Positions 24,126-32,647 of a DNA stretch of 35,733 nucleotides are shown here, piece by piece. The translations under genes and the position numbers were made by a program. The DNA lies in contig CAYIBD010000001.1 in assembly GCA_964361655.1 (NCBI GenBank), forward strand, positions 8,626-44,358, in the 5' to 3' direction. Origin of the DNA: an uncultured Candidatus Saccharibacteria bacterium (lineage in GTDB: Bacteria; Patescibacteriota; Minisyncoccia; Sungbacterales; SURF-37). The notes under the pieces are model-generated. The model was not told where the DNA came from, did not search any database, and worked only from the letters and a program-made list of their open reading frames with translations. Position 1 is the first letter of the stretch, and the number at the start of each line of letters is the position of its first letter.

Positions 24126-25144
24126 AGGCAATAACATCGCCCATCGGGGTGGCCGTGGTTGGCCTTGGAGTGGCGGGGATTGAGCATGCGCGGGCGTACC
24201 GTACGCTTCCCGACTGCGAGCTCAAGTGGCTTTGCGATCTCGACGCCGAGAAGGCTGCCGGATTGGCCAAAGAGCTCGGGGCTGGGATTGGTGCGGCGAC
24301 GTTTGAAAAAATCCTCGCTGATCCGGCGGTGGAGGTGATCTCCATTGCCTCGTATGACGATGCGCACTTCTCCCAGGCGATCTCGTCGCTCCGCGCCGGC
24401 AAGCACGTTTTTGTGGAAAAGCCGCTCTGCTATTCCCTTGAAGAGCTGAAGACGCTGAAGCGGGTGTGGCAGGAGACCGGCAGGCGGCATCTTGCCTCAA
24501 ACCTGGCGGTCGCTCGCGCCTCTACGCTCTACCGCTGGCTTCGGGAGGCCATTGCCAAGGGCGAGCTCGGAGAACTTTACGCTATTGACGGCGAGTACCT
24601 CTACGGCCGGTTCTCTAAAATCACCGAGGGCTGGCGCAAGAATGTTGAGGATTACTCGGTCATGCTCGGGGGAGGCGTGCACCTCGTGGACGTCATGCTC
24701 TCGCTCGCCCGCGAGCGTCCGGTATCGGTTGTCGCTGCCGGGAACCGCATCGTGACCAGCGGGACTGCCTTTCGCTACCATGATTTCGCGGCCGCCACCT
24801 ATACCTTCCCTTCCGGGCTTATCGGCCGTATCTGCGCAAACTTCGGATGCGTCCACCGCCACCAGCACATCCTCCGGGTTTTCGGCACCAAGGGCACGTT
24901 TCTCTACGACGACCAGGGCGCTCGGCTGTGGACGAGTCGCGAGGATGCAGCCGCCCCGGTCATGATTGACCGATCGCCGGCCCGCGTTCCGAAGGGCGCC
25001 TTGATTCCTGAATTTATCCGGAGAATTCGTGAAGGTCAGGCAAGCCAGCCCGACGCCCAGCGGGAGTTCGATCTCATTGCGGTGTGCCTCGCCGCCGATC
25101 GGGCCGTTGCCAGCTCTCATCCGGTAGCGATCGAATACCTATGA
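24122..25144 (+). CDS. Gfo/Idh/MocA-family NAD(P)-dependent oxidoreductase
   Basis: ATGA overlap. N-terminal Rossmann segment IGVAVVGLGVAGIEHARAY and the EKP motif in GKHVFVEKPLCYSLEE. Confidence 0.8.
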   Translation: MKAITSPIGVAVVGLGVAGIEHARAYRTLPDCELKWLCDLDAEKAAGLAKELGAGIGAATFEKILADPAVEVISIASYDDAHFSQAISSLRAGKHVFVEKPLCYSLEELKTLKRVWQETGRRHLASNLAVARASTLYRWLREAIAKGELGELYAIDGEYLYGRFSKITEGWRKNVEDYSVMLGGGVHLVDVMLSLARERPVSVVAAGNRIVTSGTAFRYHDFAAATYTFPSGLIGRICANFGCVHRHQHILRVFGTKGTFLYDDQGARLWTSREDAAAPVMIDRSPARVPKGALIPEFIRRIREGQASQPDAQREFDLIAVCLAADRAVASSHPVAIEYL

Positions 25145-26307
25145 TGCCATCCGCCATTCGTTCTATCCCTTTTGCCAAGCCCTGGATCACCGACGCCGAG
25201 CGCCAGGCCGTGGCCAAGGTGCTGGAAGGGCCGATCCTGGCTCACGGCCCGCAATCAAAGGCCTTTGAGGAAGAATTCGCCGCTTTCCTCGGGCCGGGGG
25301 CGCACTGCGTTTCGGTGAGCTCCGGGATGGCAGCACTCCACCTTGCCTACCTCGACTTAGGTATCGGGCCCGGGGATGAAGTCATTGTGCCGGCCCAAAC
25401 CCATACCGCCACCGCGCATGCCGTTGAGCTCGTCGGGGCAAAGCCAGTCTTCGTGGACTGCGATCCAGCCACGGGCAATCTCACGGCCGATCGGATCGCA
25501 CCAGCCATTACCCCCCGCACGAGGGCCATCTCCGTGGTGCACTTCCTCGGCATCCCCTGCGCCATGGCGGAGATCGCCGCGCTGGCCGCTCGGCATGGCC
25601 TCAAGGTCATTGAAGATTGCGCCCTTGCGCTCGGGGCGCGCTACCAGGGAACGCACGTCGGGCTCTTCGGCGACGCCGCTTGCTTCTCCTTCTATCCAGT
25701 GAAGCACATCACTACCGGCGAGGGCGGGATGTTTGTGACGCGCCACCCGGAGCTCGCCGCCTCCGTGCGCCTCATCCGGGGGTTTGGTGTTGACCGGAGC
25801 TATCAGGAGCGGAGCATCCCCGGGATGTACGACGTGCCCGGGATTGGATTAAACTACCGTATGAGTGAGGTCGCCGCCGCACTCGGTCGACCGCAGCTCA
25901 AACGCCTTGAAGAGAACCTTGCCCGGCGCCGGGAGAATTTTCTCCAGCTCCGAGAGGGACTGGCTTTGCTCCCCGACCTCCGCATCATCGGTGGGAAAAC
26001 CGATGGGACCGAAGTTGGCTATTACTGTATGAGCGTCCTCTTTGGGGGAGTGCTCGGTGCCAGGCGCGACGAGATAGTTGTGGCATTGAACGCGGCCGGG
26101 GTCGGGACGAGCATCTACTACCCGCATCCCGTGCCGCGCATGAGCTACTACCGCACCAAGTACGGCTACCCCTCGGCTGGCTTCCCCAACGCCGAGGCGA
26201 TCAGCGATTCCTCGATCGCCCTCCCGATCGGCCCGCACATTGGCTCATCGGACGTTCGATACATGATTGATGTTCTCACCCCTATCATCCGAAAGATCTC
26301 GGCATGA
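25141..26307 (+). CDS. DegT/DnrJ/EryC1-family nucleotide-sugar aminotransferase (lysine intact)
   Basis: ATGA overlap. IPFAKPWITDAERQAV..., and FSFYPVKHITTGEGGM with the PLP lysine present. Confidence 0.85.
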   Translation: MMPSAIRSIPFAKPWITDAERQAVAKVLEGPILAHGPQSKAFEEEFAAFLGPGAHCVSVSSGMAALHLAYLDLGIGPGDEVIVPAQTHTATAHAVELVGAKPVFVDCDPATGNLTADRIAPAITPRTRAISVVHFLGIPCAMAEIAALAARHGLKVIEDCALALGARYQGTHVGLFGDAACFSFYPVKHITTGEGGMFVTRHPELAASVRLIRGFGVDRSYQERSIPGMYDVPGIGLNYRMSEVAAALGRPQLKRLEENLARRRENFLQLREGLALLPDLRIIGGKTDGTEVGYYCMSVLFGGVLGARRDEIVVALNAAGVGTSIYYPHPVPRMSYYRTKYGYPSAGFPNAEAISDSSIALPIGPHIGSSDVRYMIDVLTPIIRKISA

Positions 26308-27341
26308 CTCCTAACTTCCGAGGTAAAACTATCGCCCTCATCGGCGGCGCCGGATTCATTGGGCATCACCTGGCCCTCGCCCTTTCGCGCGCCGACGCGA
26401 AGGTGGCGGTGGTTGACAGCTTACAGGTGAATAATCTGCTGGCGATGTCTTCAGCCCTAGAGGAAGTTCCGAACCGCGAACTCTATCTCCGAATGCTCGG
26501 TGAGCGGCTCGAGCTCCTGCGCCGATCCGCCATCCAGCTCTATCCGCAGGATGCCCGCGATTACCACGCGCTCTCTCGGATTCTCGACACGGTTCGACCC
26601 GATGTGGTGGTGCACCTGGCCGCGGTGGCCCATGCCGGGCGCTCGAATAAAACCCCCTTTTCGACCTTTGACCACAGCTTGCGTACGCTCGAGAACGCCC
26701 TTGACTGGGCTCGGGATTCGGGGCTGGAGCGCTTCGTCTTTTTCTCCTCGAGCATGGTCTACGGAAATTTCCAGACCGAGACCGTAGGCGAGGATCATCC
26801 CCTCGAGCCGATCGGCATCTATGGAGCGTTGAAGCTCGGCGGGGAAAAGCTCGTCATCGCCTATAACCAGGTTTTCGGACTGCCCTATACCATCGTACGG
26901 CCTTCGGCTCTCTACGGGCCGCGTTGCGTCTCGCGGCGGGTGGGGCAGGTCTTTATTGAGTCGGCCCTCGAAGGCCGGCCGCTCCGCATCGAGGGCGATG
27001 GCAGCGAGCGGCTGGATTTTACGCACATTGATGATCTCGTGGCCGGCATTGCCCTGGTCATCGCGCGCCCGGAGGCCAAAAACCAGATCTTCAACCTGAC
27101 TTACGGGCAGGCGCGTTCGGTCCAGGAGCTTGCCGAAATCGTCCAGGACCATTTCCCCGCGATTGCGATCGAGCGCGGCAAGCGCCCCGACCTTATGCCC
27201 ACCCGCGGCACGCTGGCCATTGCCAAAGCAGCCCAGCTCCTCGGCTACCAGCCGGCTCATCCCCTCGAGGTGGGCATCCCGCGCTACATTGCCTGGTACC
27301 GCACGCTCGTCTCCGGCGCCCCGCAGGAGGAGGCCGTATGA
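26304..27341 (+). CDS. NAD-dependent epimerase/dehydratase (extended SDR)
   Basis: ATGA overlap. IALIGGAGFIGHHL glycine-rich loop and YGALKLGGE (YxxxK). Confidence 0.8.
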   Translation: MTPNFRGKTIALIGGAGFIGHHLALALSRADAKVAVVDSLQVNNLLAMSSALEEVPNRELYLRMLGERLELLRRSAIQLYPQDARDYHALSRILDTVRPDVVVHLAAVAHAGRSNKTPFSTFDHSLRTLENALDWARDSGLERFVFFSSSMVYGNFQTETVGEDHPLEPIGIYGALKLGGEKLVIAYNQVFGLPYTIVRPSALYGPRCVSRRVGQVFIESALEGRPLRIEGDGSERLDFTHIDDLVAGIALVIARPEAKNQIFNLTYGQARSVQELAEIVQDHFPAIAIERGKRPDLMPTRGTLAIAKAAQLLGYQPAHPLEVGIPRYIAWYRTLVSGAPQEEAV

Positions 27342-28297
27342 GGGTGCTCTTTGCCGGCAAGAAGGAGCGGGGTATCTCCGGCCTCCGGGCGCTGGCCGCC
27401 GCGGGGCACGAGATCGTCGGAGTGATCGCCCATCCCGACGGCACGGCCGCGGTCGGAGACACGTTCGCCGCGGAGGCGCGCCTGATGGGTTTTCCGGTGC
27501 GGCAGCCCGAGAAGGTAAACGATCCTGCGTTCATTGACGTTCTGCGGCCGCTTGCGCCGGAGGTCATTGTGCTCGCCGGCTACGGTCAGATCGTCAGGCG
27601 GCCGTTTATTGATCTCGCGCCCCTTGGCTGCATAAACCTCCACGCCGGCAAGCTGCCGCAGTACCGCGGCTCCTCGCCGCTCAACTGGGCGCTCATCAAC
27701 GGCGAGCGCGAGATCGGCCTTTCGATCGTCCGCGTGGACGAGGGCGTGGACACCGGCGACGTGTTTGCCGAGCGCGCCTTTCCGGTGGGGATTGACGATA
27801 CCATCGCAGACCTCCACGCCCTTGCGAACCGGAATTTCCCGGAGATGCTCCTTGAGACGCTGGATGGCCTTTCGGCCGGAACGCTCGTGCCGCGAAAGCA
27901 AGACGGCGCCAAAGCCGGCTACTGGCCGTTGCGTTTCCCGGATGATGGCCTGATACTTTGGGATACGCTTTCCGCCGTCGAGATTCATAACCGTATCCGC
28001 GCCCTTACCGACCCATATCCGGGCGCTTTCGGTTTTTTAGGCGAACGCCGCGTCAGGATTTTGAAGTCGCATCTGGCCGAGCCGCCGTACCACGGCGAGC
28101 CGGGCCGGATATACCGCAAGACCGGCCGCGGCATACTGGTTGGCGCACGCGACCGCTGCCTTTGGATCGCGCGGGCCGTCTTCGCCGATACCGGCGAGGA
28201 TGCCGTTGCCGCCGCGGTCCGCTACGAGAAATTCGGCACGCTCCGCGACGCGGCGATCAATTTTTGGGAGCGCCGGGGTAGAGGAGGCGCGGCGTAA
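27338..28297 (+). CDS. Sugar N-formyltransferase (Fmt/ArnA-N-terminal-domain-like, with C-terminal Fmt-type domain)
   Basis: ATGA overlap. NLHAGKLPQYRGSSPLNWALINGE and VDEGVDTGDV. The PLNWxLxNGE form resembles ArnA-type sugar formyltransferases more than tRNA Fmt. Confidence 0.75.
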   Translation: MRVLFAGKKERGISGLRALAAAGHEIVGVIAHPDGTAAVGDTFAAEARLMGFPVRQPEKVNDPAFIDVLRPLAPEVIVLAGYGQIVRRPFIDLAPLGCINLHAGKLPQYRGSSPLNWALINGEREIGLSIVRVDEGVDTGDVFAERAFPVGIDDTIADLHALANRNFPEMLLETLDGLSAGTLVPRKQDGAKAGYWPLRFPDDGLILWDTLSAVEIHNRIRALTDPYPGAFGFLGERRVRILKSHLAEPPYHGEPGRIYRKTGRGILVGARDRCLWIARAVFADTGEDAVAAAVRYEKFGTLRDAAINFWERRGRGGAA

Positions 28298-28330
28298 CAC
28301 GCGGGAGTCCTTCGCGGTAGTATAGAGGAG

Positions 28331-28762
28331 ATGTTGAAAGATCTGCTGGACACATTCGGTTATCCCGGCACTCTGGCGAAGGAGTACCAACATTGGCATG
28401 TGCTCGTTGGGCCGAAGCAGATCACGCTCGGTACTTTGATTTTGGTTTGCAAAGATGGCGCTACGGCACTGGGGGAGATTTCGGATGCGGCCTTTGCCGA
28501 GTTGCCGCAGGTAATCCGCGAAGTTGAAGCCGCGTTGAGGCGGGTTTTTTCCAACAACCGCGTGAACTACCTCTGGCTGATGATGGCCAATCCTGAGGTT
28601 CATGCTGCCATCCTTCCGCGATACTCCGCCGAGCGCACGTTTGAGGGTGTGGTTTTCCGCGATTCGGGCTGGCCGCGCAAGCCCGATTTGGATTTCGTAA
28701 ACGAAGTGCCGCCCGAGGTGTTCGCCAAACTTGTCGCGACCCTCCGTGCGGCCTTCGTATAA
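28331..28762 (+). CDS. HIT (histidine triad) superfamily-like protein with a degenerate triad
   Basis: 143 aa. The overall pattern WHVLVGPKQITLGTLILV...NYLWLMMANPEVHAAILPRYSAERTFEGVVFRDSGWP matches HIT proteins that end ...HvHwHviPRY...F.G..F.D..WG.P. Anchored on PRY, only the middle His is retained (E-V-H-A-A). Confidence 0.45.
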   Translation: MLKDLLDTFGYPGTLAKEYQHWHVLVGPKQITLGTLILVCKDGATALGEISDAAFAELPQVIREVEAALRRVFSNNRVNYLWLMMANPEVHAAILPRYSAERTFEGVVFRDSGWPRKPDLDFVNEVPPEVFAKLVATLRAAFV

Positions 28763-28771
28763 CCTCGCCGT

Positions 28772-29806
28772 ATGCGTATCAGGCATTTCAACACCGATGA
28801 GCGCGTGCTGGTCGTTGCCGAGGTCGGCAACAACCACGAGGGCAACTTCGAAGTGGCCAAGGAGCTCGTGCGCCAGGCGAGAGTGAGCGGCGCGGATGCA
28901 GTAAAATTCCAGACCTTTCAGACCGAGTACTTTGTCGGCACGGCCGATCCGGCACGCTTCAAGCGCTTGAAATCATTTGAGCTCGCCTACGATCAATTCG
29001 CTGAACTGGCGCGGCTGGCAAAATCCCTCGGCCTTATCTTCTTCGCCTCGCCCTTTGACCTCGAGAGCGCCCGGTTTTTAAACGGCATTGTGGATTGCTT
29101 CAAAATCGCTTCGGGTGACAATACCTTCTGGCCGCTGATCGAGTACGTATGCACAACCGAGAAGCCGTTGATCATCTCCTCCGGCCTCACGGATCTCGAA
29201 CAGGTGAAGCGGATACAGGAGTTCGTGGGGCGGCAATGGCCGGCGCGGAGCGTGGGGCGAGATCTTGCCATCCTCCACTGCGTCTCCAGTTACCCAGCGC
29301 CCGATGAGCAGGTGAACCTTGCCGTGCTGCCGGTGCTGGCGCGGGAGCTTGGCTGCACCATCGGCTACTCTGACCACACCATCGGGATTGAAGCCTGCCT
29401 CGCGGCGGTTGCCGCTGGGGCGCGGATCATTGAGAAGCACTTCACCCTGCATAAGGACTACTCTTCGTTTCGCGACCACCAGCTCTCGGCCGATCCCAAT
29501 GATATGCGGGCGCTCGTCCACGGGATTCGGCGCATCGAAACGTTCCTCGGCAAGCCGGAGAAAAAGGTGCAGCCGAGCGAAGAGAAAGGTGTTGAGCTTT
29601 TCCGGCGCTCTATTGCCGCACGCGCTGATCTCCCCCGCGGGCATCACCTTGCACTTGGAGATTTGATGTGGATCCGTCCGGCCACCGGCCTTCCGCCTGG
29701 AGCCGAAGATCACGTTATTGGCAAGGCACTGGCTCGAGATGTCTCATTTGGCGAACAGATCCGGCCCGAAGATGTTATCGAGGATAAAAACCAACTGCTT
29801 TTGTAA
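28772..29806 (+). CDS. NeuB-family nonulosonic acid synthase (NeuB/LegI/PseI/SpsE-like) with C-terminal SAF domain
   Basis: VVAEVGNNHEGNFEVAKELVRQARVSGADAVKFQTF, IGYSDHTIGIEACLAAVAAGARIIEKHFT, and a C-terminal RRSIAARADLPRGHHLALGDLMWIRP segment. Confidence 0.85.
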   Translation: MRIRHFNTDERVLVVAEVGNNHEGNFEVAKELVRQARVSGADAVKFQTFQTEYFVGTADPARFKRLKSFELAYDQFAELARLAKSLGLIFFASPFDLESARFLNGIVDCFKIASGDNTFWPLIEYVCTTEKPLIISSGLTDLEQVKRIQEFVGRQWPARSVGRDLAILHCVSSYPAPDEQVNLAVLPVLARELGCTIGYSDHTIGIEACLAAVAAGARIIEKHFTLHKDYSSFRDHQLSADPNDMRALVHGIRRIETFLGKPEKKVQPSEEKGVELFRRSIAARADLPRGHHLALGDLMWIRPATGLPPGAEDHVIGKALARDVSFGEQIRPEDVIEDKNQLLL

Positions 29807-29817
29807 GCAGTCGGGTT

Positions 29818-29847
29818 AAGAAAAACCCGCTCTGGGGAGGAGCGGGT
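29818..29847 (-). terminator. Rho-independent terminator for the minus-strand gene 29866-30690, possibly also stopping the + strand operon
   Basis: ACCCGCTC (29825-29832) pairs with GAGCGGGT (29840-29847), 7-nt loop. On the minus strand the hairpin is followed by TTTTTCTT. Confidence 0.55.
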
Positions 29848-29865
29848 CAACCGCAGCACTGGCGG

Positions 29866-30690
29866 CTACTGTACAAAGGTGCCGAGGGTACTTGCGAATT
29901 CGACCACCCGGGCGAGATCCGCGCGGCGCGCGCGCCACTGGTCGGTCCAGCCGATATCGAGGAGCTCGTGCTCGTGGGTGAAGATCGCAGCGACGTTCGT
30001 GGCCGCGACTGCCTTTTCGATAGCCCGGCATGCCTCGTCGGCCGTGGTCCGCTCGAGCCGCACCTCGCTTCGGACGCAGGTGAGCCCCGATATAGGGTCT
30101 TGGGCCGTGATACCCCCCTTGGCCATCGTTGCGGCGAGGCTTGGCGGCAGGGAGCCGGTGATGAGGCGGTTGTCGTCCGGCGTGAGGTAGACTCCCACGC
30201 CACGAGCCCGCATCATCCGGCTCGCATCAGCGCCAGAGACAAAGAAGTGCGATCGCCACGAATGGGGGAGTTTGGCCTGGCCGGAGAACTCAAGGATCTT
30301 CTCACTCATCAGTGAGACCATCGCATGGATCTCCGCCGCGGTCTGACAGATCATCGGCGTATCCTGGTTCTTCCCATGGATGCCCCAGCATAGCCAGGGG
30401 TTCTCGTAGAACTCGTCGCGCCAGCGAGCACCGAGCTCGCCGAGGTGGAATGGCGGCAGGCCATTGATCACCCCGCTATTCTCATCCATGAGAAAGTGAG
30501 TTACGACGACCCCGAAACGATCGTGGAGATCGCGCCAGAAGGCGAAGTAGTTACTCTCGAAGATCGAGTCTGGCTTGCGCCTCACGAGCTCGGCCAGGCT
30601 ATGGATGGCATCATCCACGGAGACGTGGATTGCCGATTGTCCACCTCGTACCACTTCCAGAAGCAGTCGCGGTTGAGCAATAACGCCCAC
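29866..30690 (-). CDS. Hypothetical protein; weak resemblance to polysaccharide deacetylase-type (beta/alpha-barrel) enzymes
   Basis: GTG start at 30690 with a strong SD (AAGGAGGTG, 5-nt spacer) and its own terminator. 274 aa. AIHVSVDDAI and WGIHG are only loosely NodB-like, so the function call is weak. Confidence 0.3.
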   Translation of the reverse strand: MGVIAQPRLLLEVVRGGQSAIHVSVDDAIHSLAELVRRKPDSIFESNYFAFWRDLHDRFGVVVTHFLMDENSGVINGLPPFHLGELGARWRDEFYENPWLCWGIHGKNQDTPMICQTAAEIHAMVSLMSEKILEFSGQAKLPHSWRSHFFVSGADASRMMRARGVGVYLTPDDNRLITGSLPPSLAATMAKGGITAQDPISGLTCVRSEVRLERTTADEACRAIEKAVAATNVAAIFTHEHELLDIGWTDQWRARRADLARVVEFASTLGTFVQ

Positions 30691-30718
30691 TTGGCACCTC
30701 CTTGGTGCTGGTGAGAAT

Positions 30719-30728
30719 TTCCATGGAA
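30719..30728. promoter_or_regulatory. 10-bp perfect palindrome in the divergent intergenic region
   Basis: TTCCATGGAA, located between the divergent starts at 30690 (-) and 30815 (+). Confidence 0.2.
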
Positions 30729-30814
30729 CTCGAACGAAAGGGTATCATAGGGGCGTTGGAAATTCAAGGCATCCTTCGGCAACCTCGGAGGGACGGTGGG
30801 AGGTAATCAGGAGC

Positions 30815-32647
30815 ATGTGTGGCATTGCCGGCTACTTCGGAAGTCAGGAGATTTCGGAGGAGCGCATTGGGCGCTGTCTCCGGTTGATGCACCGCCGCGG
30901 ACCGGATGCCGCGGCGTGGAAGCGTTTCCGAACGCCGGGCGCGAGGAATTGCTATTTCCTCTCGACGCGTCTTGCCATCATTGATCTTGATCCGCGCGCC
31001 AACCAGCCGCTCGAATTCGGCGCGAAACGCCTGATTTTCAACGGGGAGCTCTATAACTACCGCGAACTGAAAGCAGGGCTTGCATCAGGCGGCCGTCAAT
31101 TCCGGACCACCTCGGACACCGAAGTCATGCTTCAGCTCCTTGATGCCGAAGGTTCGGCCGGGCTCGACCGCTGTGAAGGGATGTGGGCCTTTGCGGTCTA
31201 CAATGAATCCGACGGTTCGCTCCTCCTCTCGCGCGACCGCTTCGGCGAAAAGCCGCTCTACCTCTACCGTGATGCCAGCGGCCTGTACTTCGGATCGGAG
31301 GCAAAGTGCATTGCCGCCCTCCTTGGTCGGCGCCTGGAGGTCAATACCGCCCAGCTTTACCGCTACCTGGTGAATGGTTATAAGTCGCTCTACAAGAGCC
31401 GCCAGACCTTCTTTGCCGGGCTCTCCGAGCTCCCCGCGGGGACGGTCCTGCGAGTCACCCATGACGGCAGGGAGGGAGTCGAGCGCTACTGGCAGCCGGC
31501 CTTTGTCCCTGAGGAGAGGATGAGCTACGACGAGGCGGTGGCCGGAGCGCGGGAGCGCCTCATCACGGCCGTTCGACTCCGGCTTCGGGCCGACGTTCCG
31601 CTTGCCTTTTGCATGTCGGGCGGCGTGGATTCGAACTCCTTAGTCGCGATCGCCAAACGCGTGCTTGGCTACGACGTCCACGGTTTTACCATCACCAACC
31701 TCGACCCGCGCTACGACGAGGAAGCGCTCGTCGGCCATGCCGTTAGAGAGCTTGGTATTCGCCACACCGCCGTACCGGCCGATACCAGCGGTTTTTTGGA
31801 AAAGCTCAAAGTACTCGTTCGCCAGCATGACGCTCCGGTCTACACCATCACCTACTACGCTCACTGGCTCCTCATGGAAGCCATGGCCAAAGCCGGTTAC
31901 CGCGTTGCGGTGAGCGGCACGGCGGCGGATGAGTTCTTTTCCGGGTACTACGATCACCACCTTCTCTACCTCGCCGCGGTGCGGCATGATCCCGAGCGGT
32001 GGGCTTCGGCGCTGGGCGCGTGGCAGGAGTACATCAAGCCGCTGGCACGCAATCCCTTCCTCGGCGATGCGGAACGTTTCGTCAATGATCCGGGCTTCCG
32101 CTCCCACATCTACCTCGATGCCGATACCTTCGCCGCCTACCTGAATTCACCCTGGCAGGAGCCATTTTTCGAGGAGCGCTATACCTCGGATCTCCTGCGC
32201 AACCGCATGCTCAATGAACTCTTGCACGAAACGATCCCGGTTATCCTCCACGAAGATGATCTCAATGCCATGTACTTCTCCATTGAGAACCGCTCGCCCT
32301 ACCTTGACCGTACCTTATTCGAATTTGCCTTTTCCATCCCGACGCGGCACCTCATCCGGGACGGATTCGCCAAGGCCGTGCTCCGCGATGCCGTGGCCGG
32401 GATCGTCCCGGATCGGATCCGGATGAATCGCCGCAAGGTCGGCTTCAATGCCTCAATTCATTCCTTTCTCGATCTTGCCGATCCAGCTGTGCAGGGCGAG
32501 CTCCTCGCCGAGAGCCCCATCTACGATCACGTCCGGCGCGAGAAGATAGCGGCCCTGATTGCAAAACCGGCCCTCTCTGAACCGGAATCAAAGTTTCTGT
32601 TCTCCTTTCTCTCGGCCAAGATGTTTCTCGAAGCGTTCTCGGCATGA
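30815..32647 (+). CDS. Asparagine synthase-like glutamine amidotransferase (AsnB family, Ntn-type)
   Basis: MCGIAGYFG N-terminal Cys nucleophile and the PP-loop FCMSGGVDSNS. 610 aa. CAGGAG SD-like sequence just upstream. Confidence 0.85.
   Translation: MCGIAGYFGSQEISEERIGRCLRLMHRRGPDAAAWKRFRTPGARNCYFLSTRLAIIDLDPRANQPLEFGAKRLIFNGELYNYRELKAGLASGGRQFRTTSDTEVMLQLLDAEGSAGLDRCEGMWAFAVYNESDGSLLLSRDRFGEKPLYLYRDASGLYFGSEAKCIAALLGRRLEVNTAQLYRYLVNGYKSLYKSRQTFFAGLSELPAGTVLRVTHDGREGVERYWQPAFVPEERMSYDEAVAGARERLITAVRLRLRADVPLAFCMSGGVDSNSLVAIAKRVLGYDVHGFTITNLDPRYDEEALVGHAVRELGIRHTAVPADTSGFLEKLKVLVRQHDAPVYTITYYAHWLLMEAMAKAGYRVAVSGTAADEFFSGYYDHHLLYLAAVRHDPERWASALGAWQEYIKPLARNPFLGDAERFVNDPGFRSHIYLDADTFAAYLNSPWQEPFFEERYTSDLLRNRMLNELLHETIPVILHEDDLNAMYFSIENRSPYLDRTLFEFAFSIPTRHLIRDGFAKAVLRDAVAGIVPDRIRMNRRKVGFNASIHSFLDLADPAVQGELLAESPIYDHVRREKIAALIAKPALSEPESKFLFSFLSAKMFLEAFSA

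Noticed and set aside
27338-28297. Housekeeping methionyl-tRNA formyltransferase (fmt)
   Set aside because: The two-domain Fmt architecture is present. But the active-site segment has the ArnA-like PLNWALINGE form, and the gene is ATGA-coupled within a sugar-modification run. There is no def or other translation gene nearby. A sugar N-formyltransferase is more likely, though this is unproven.
26457-28837. Three long minus-strand ORFs (26457-27260, 27284-27988, 28037-28837)
   Set aside because: All are antisense to + strand genes with strong family motifs (SDR, formyltransferase, HIT-like). One even spans an intergenic gap of the + strand genes. None has a recognisable domain.
30815-32647. 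Housekeeping asparagine synthetase (asnB)
   Set aside because: It belongs to the AsnB family, but it is translationally coupled to a WbuX-type sugar amidotransferase inside a glycan island. AsnB paralogs in such clusters usually amidate sugars rather than aspartate.
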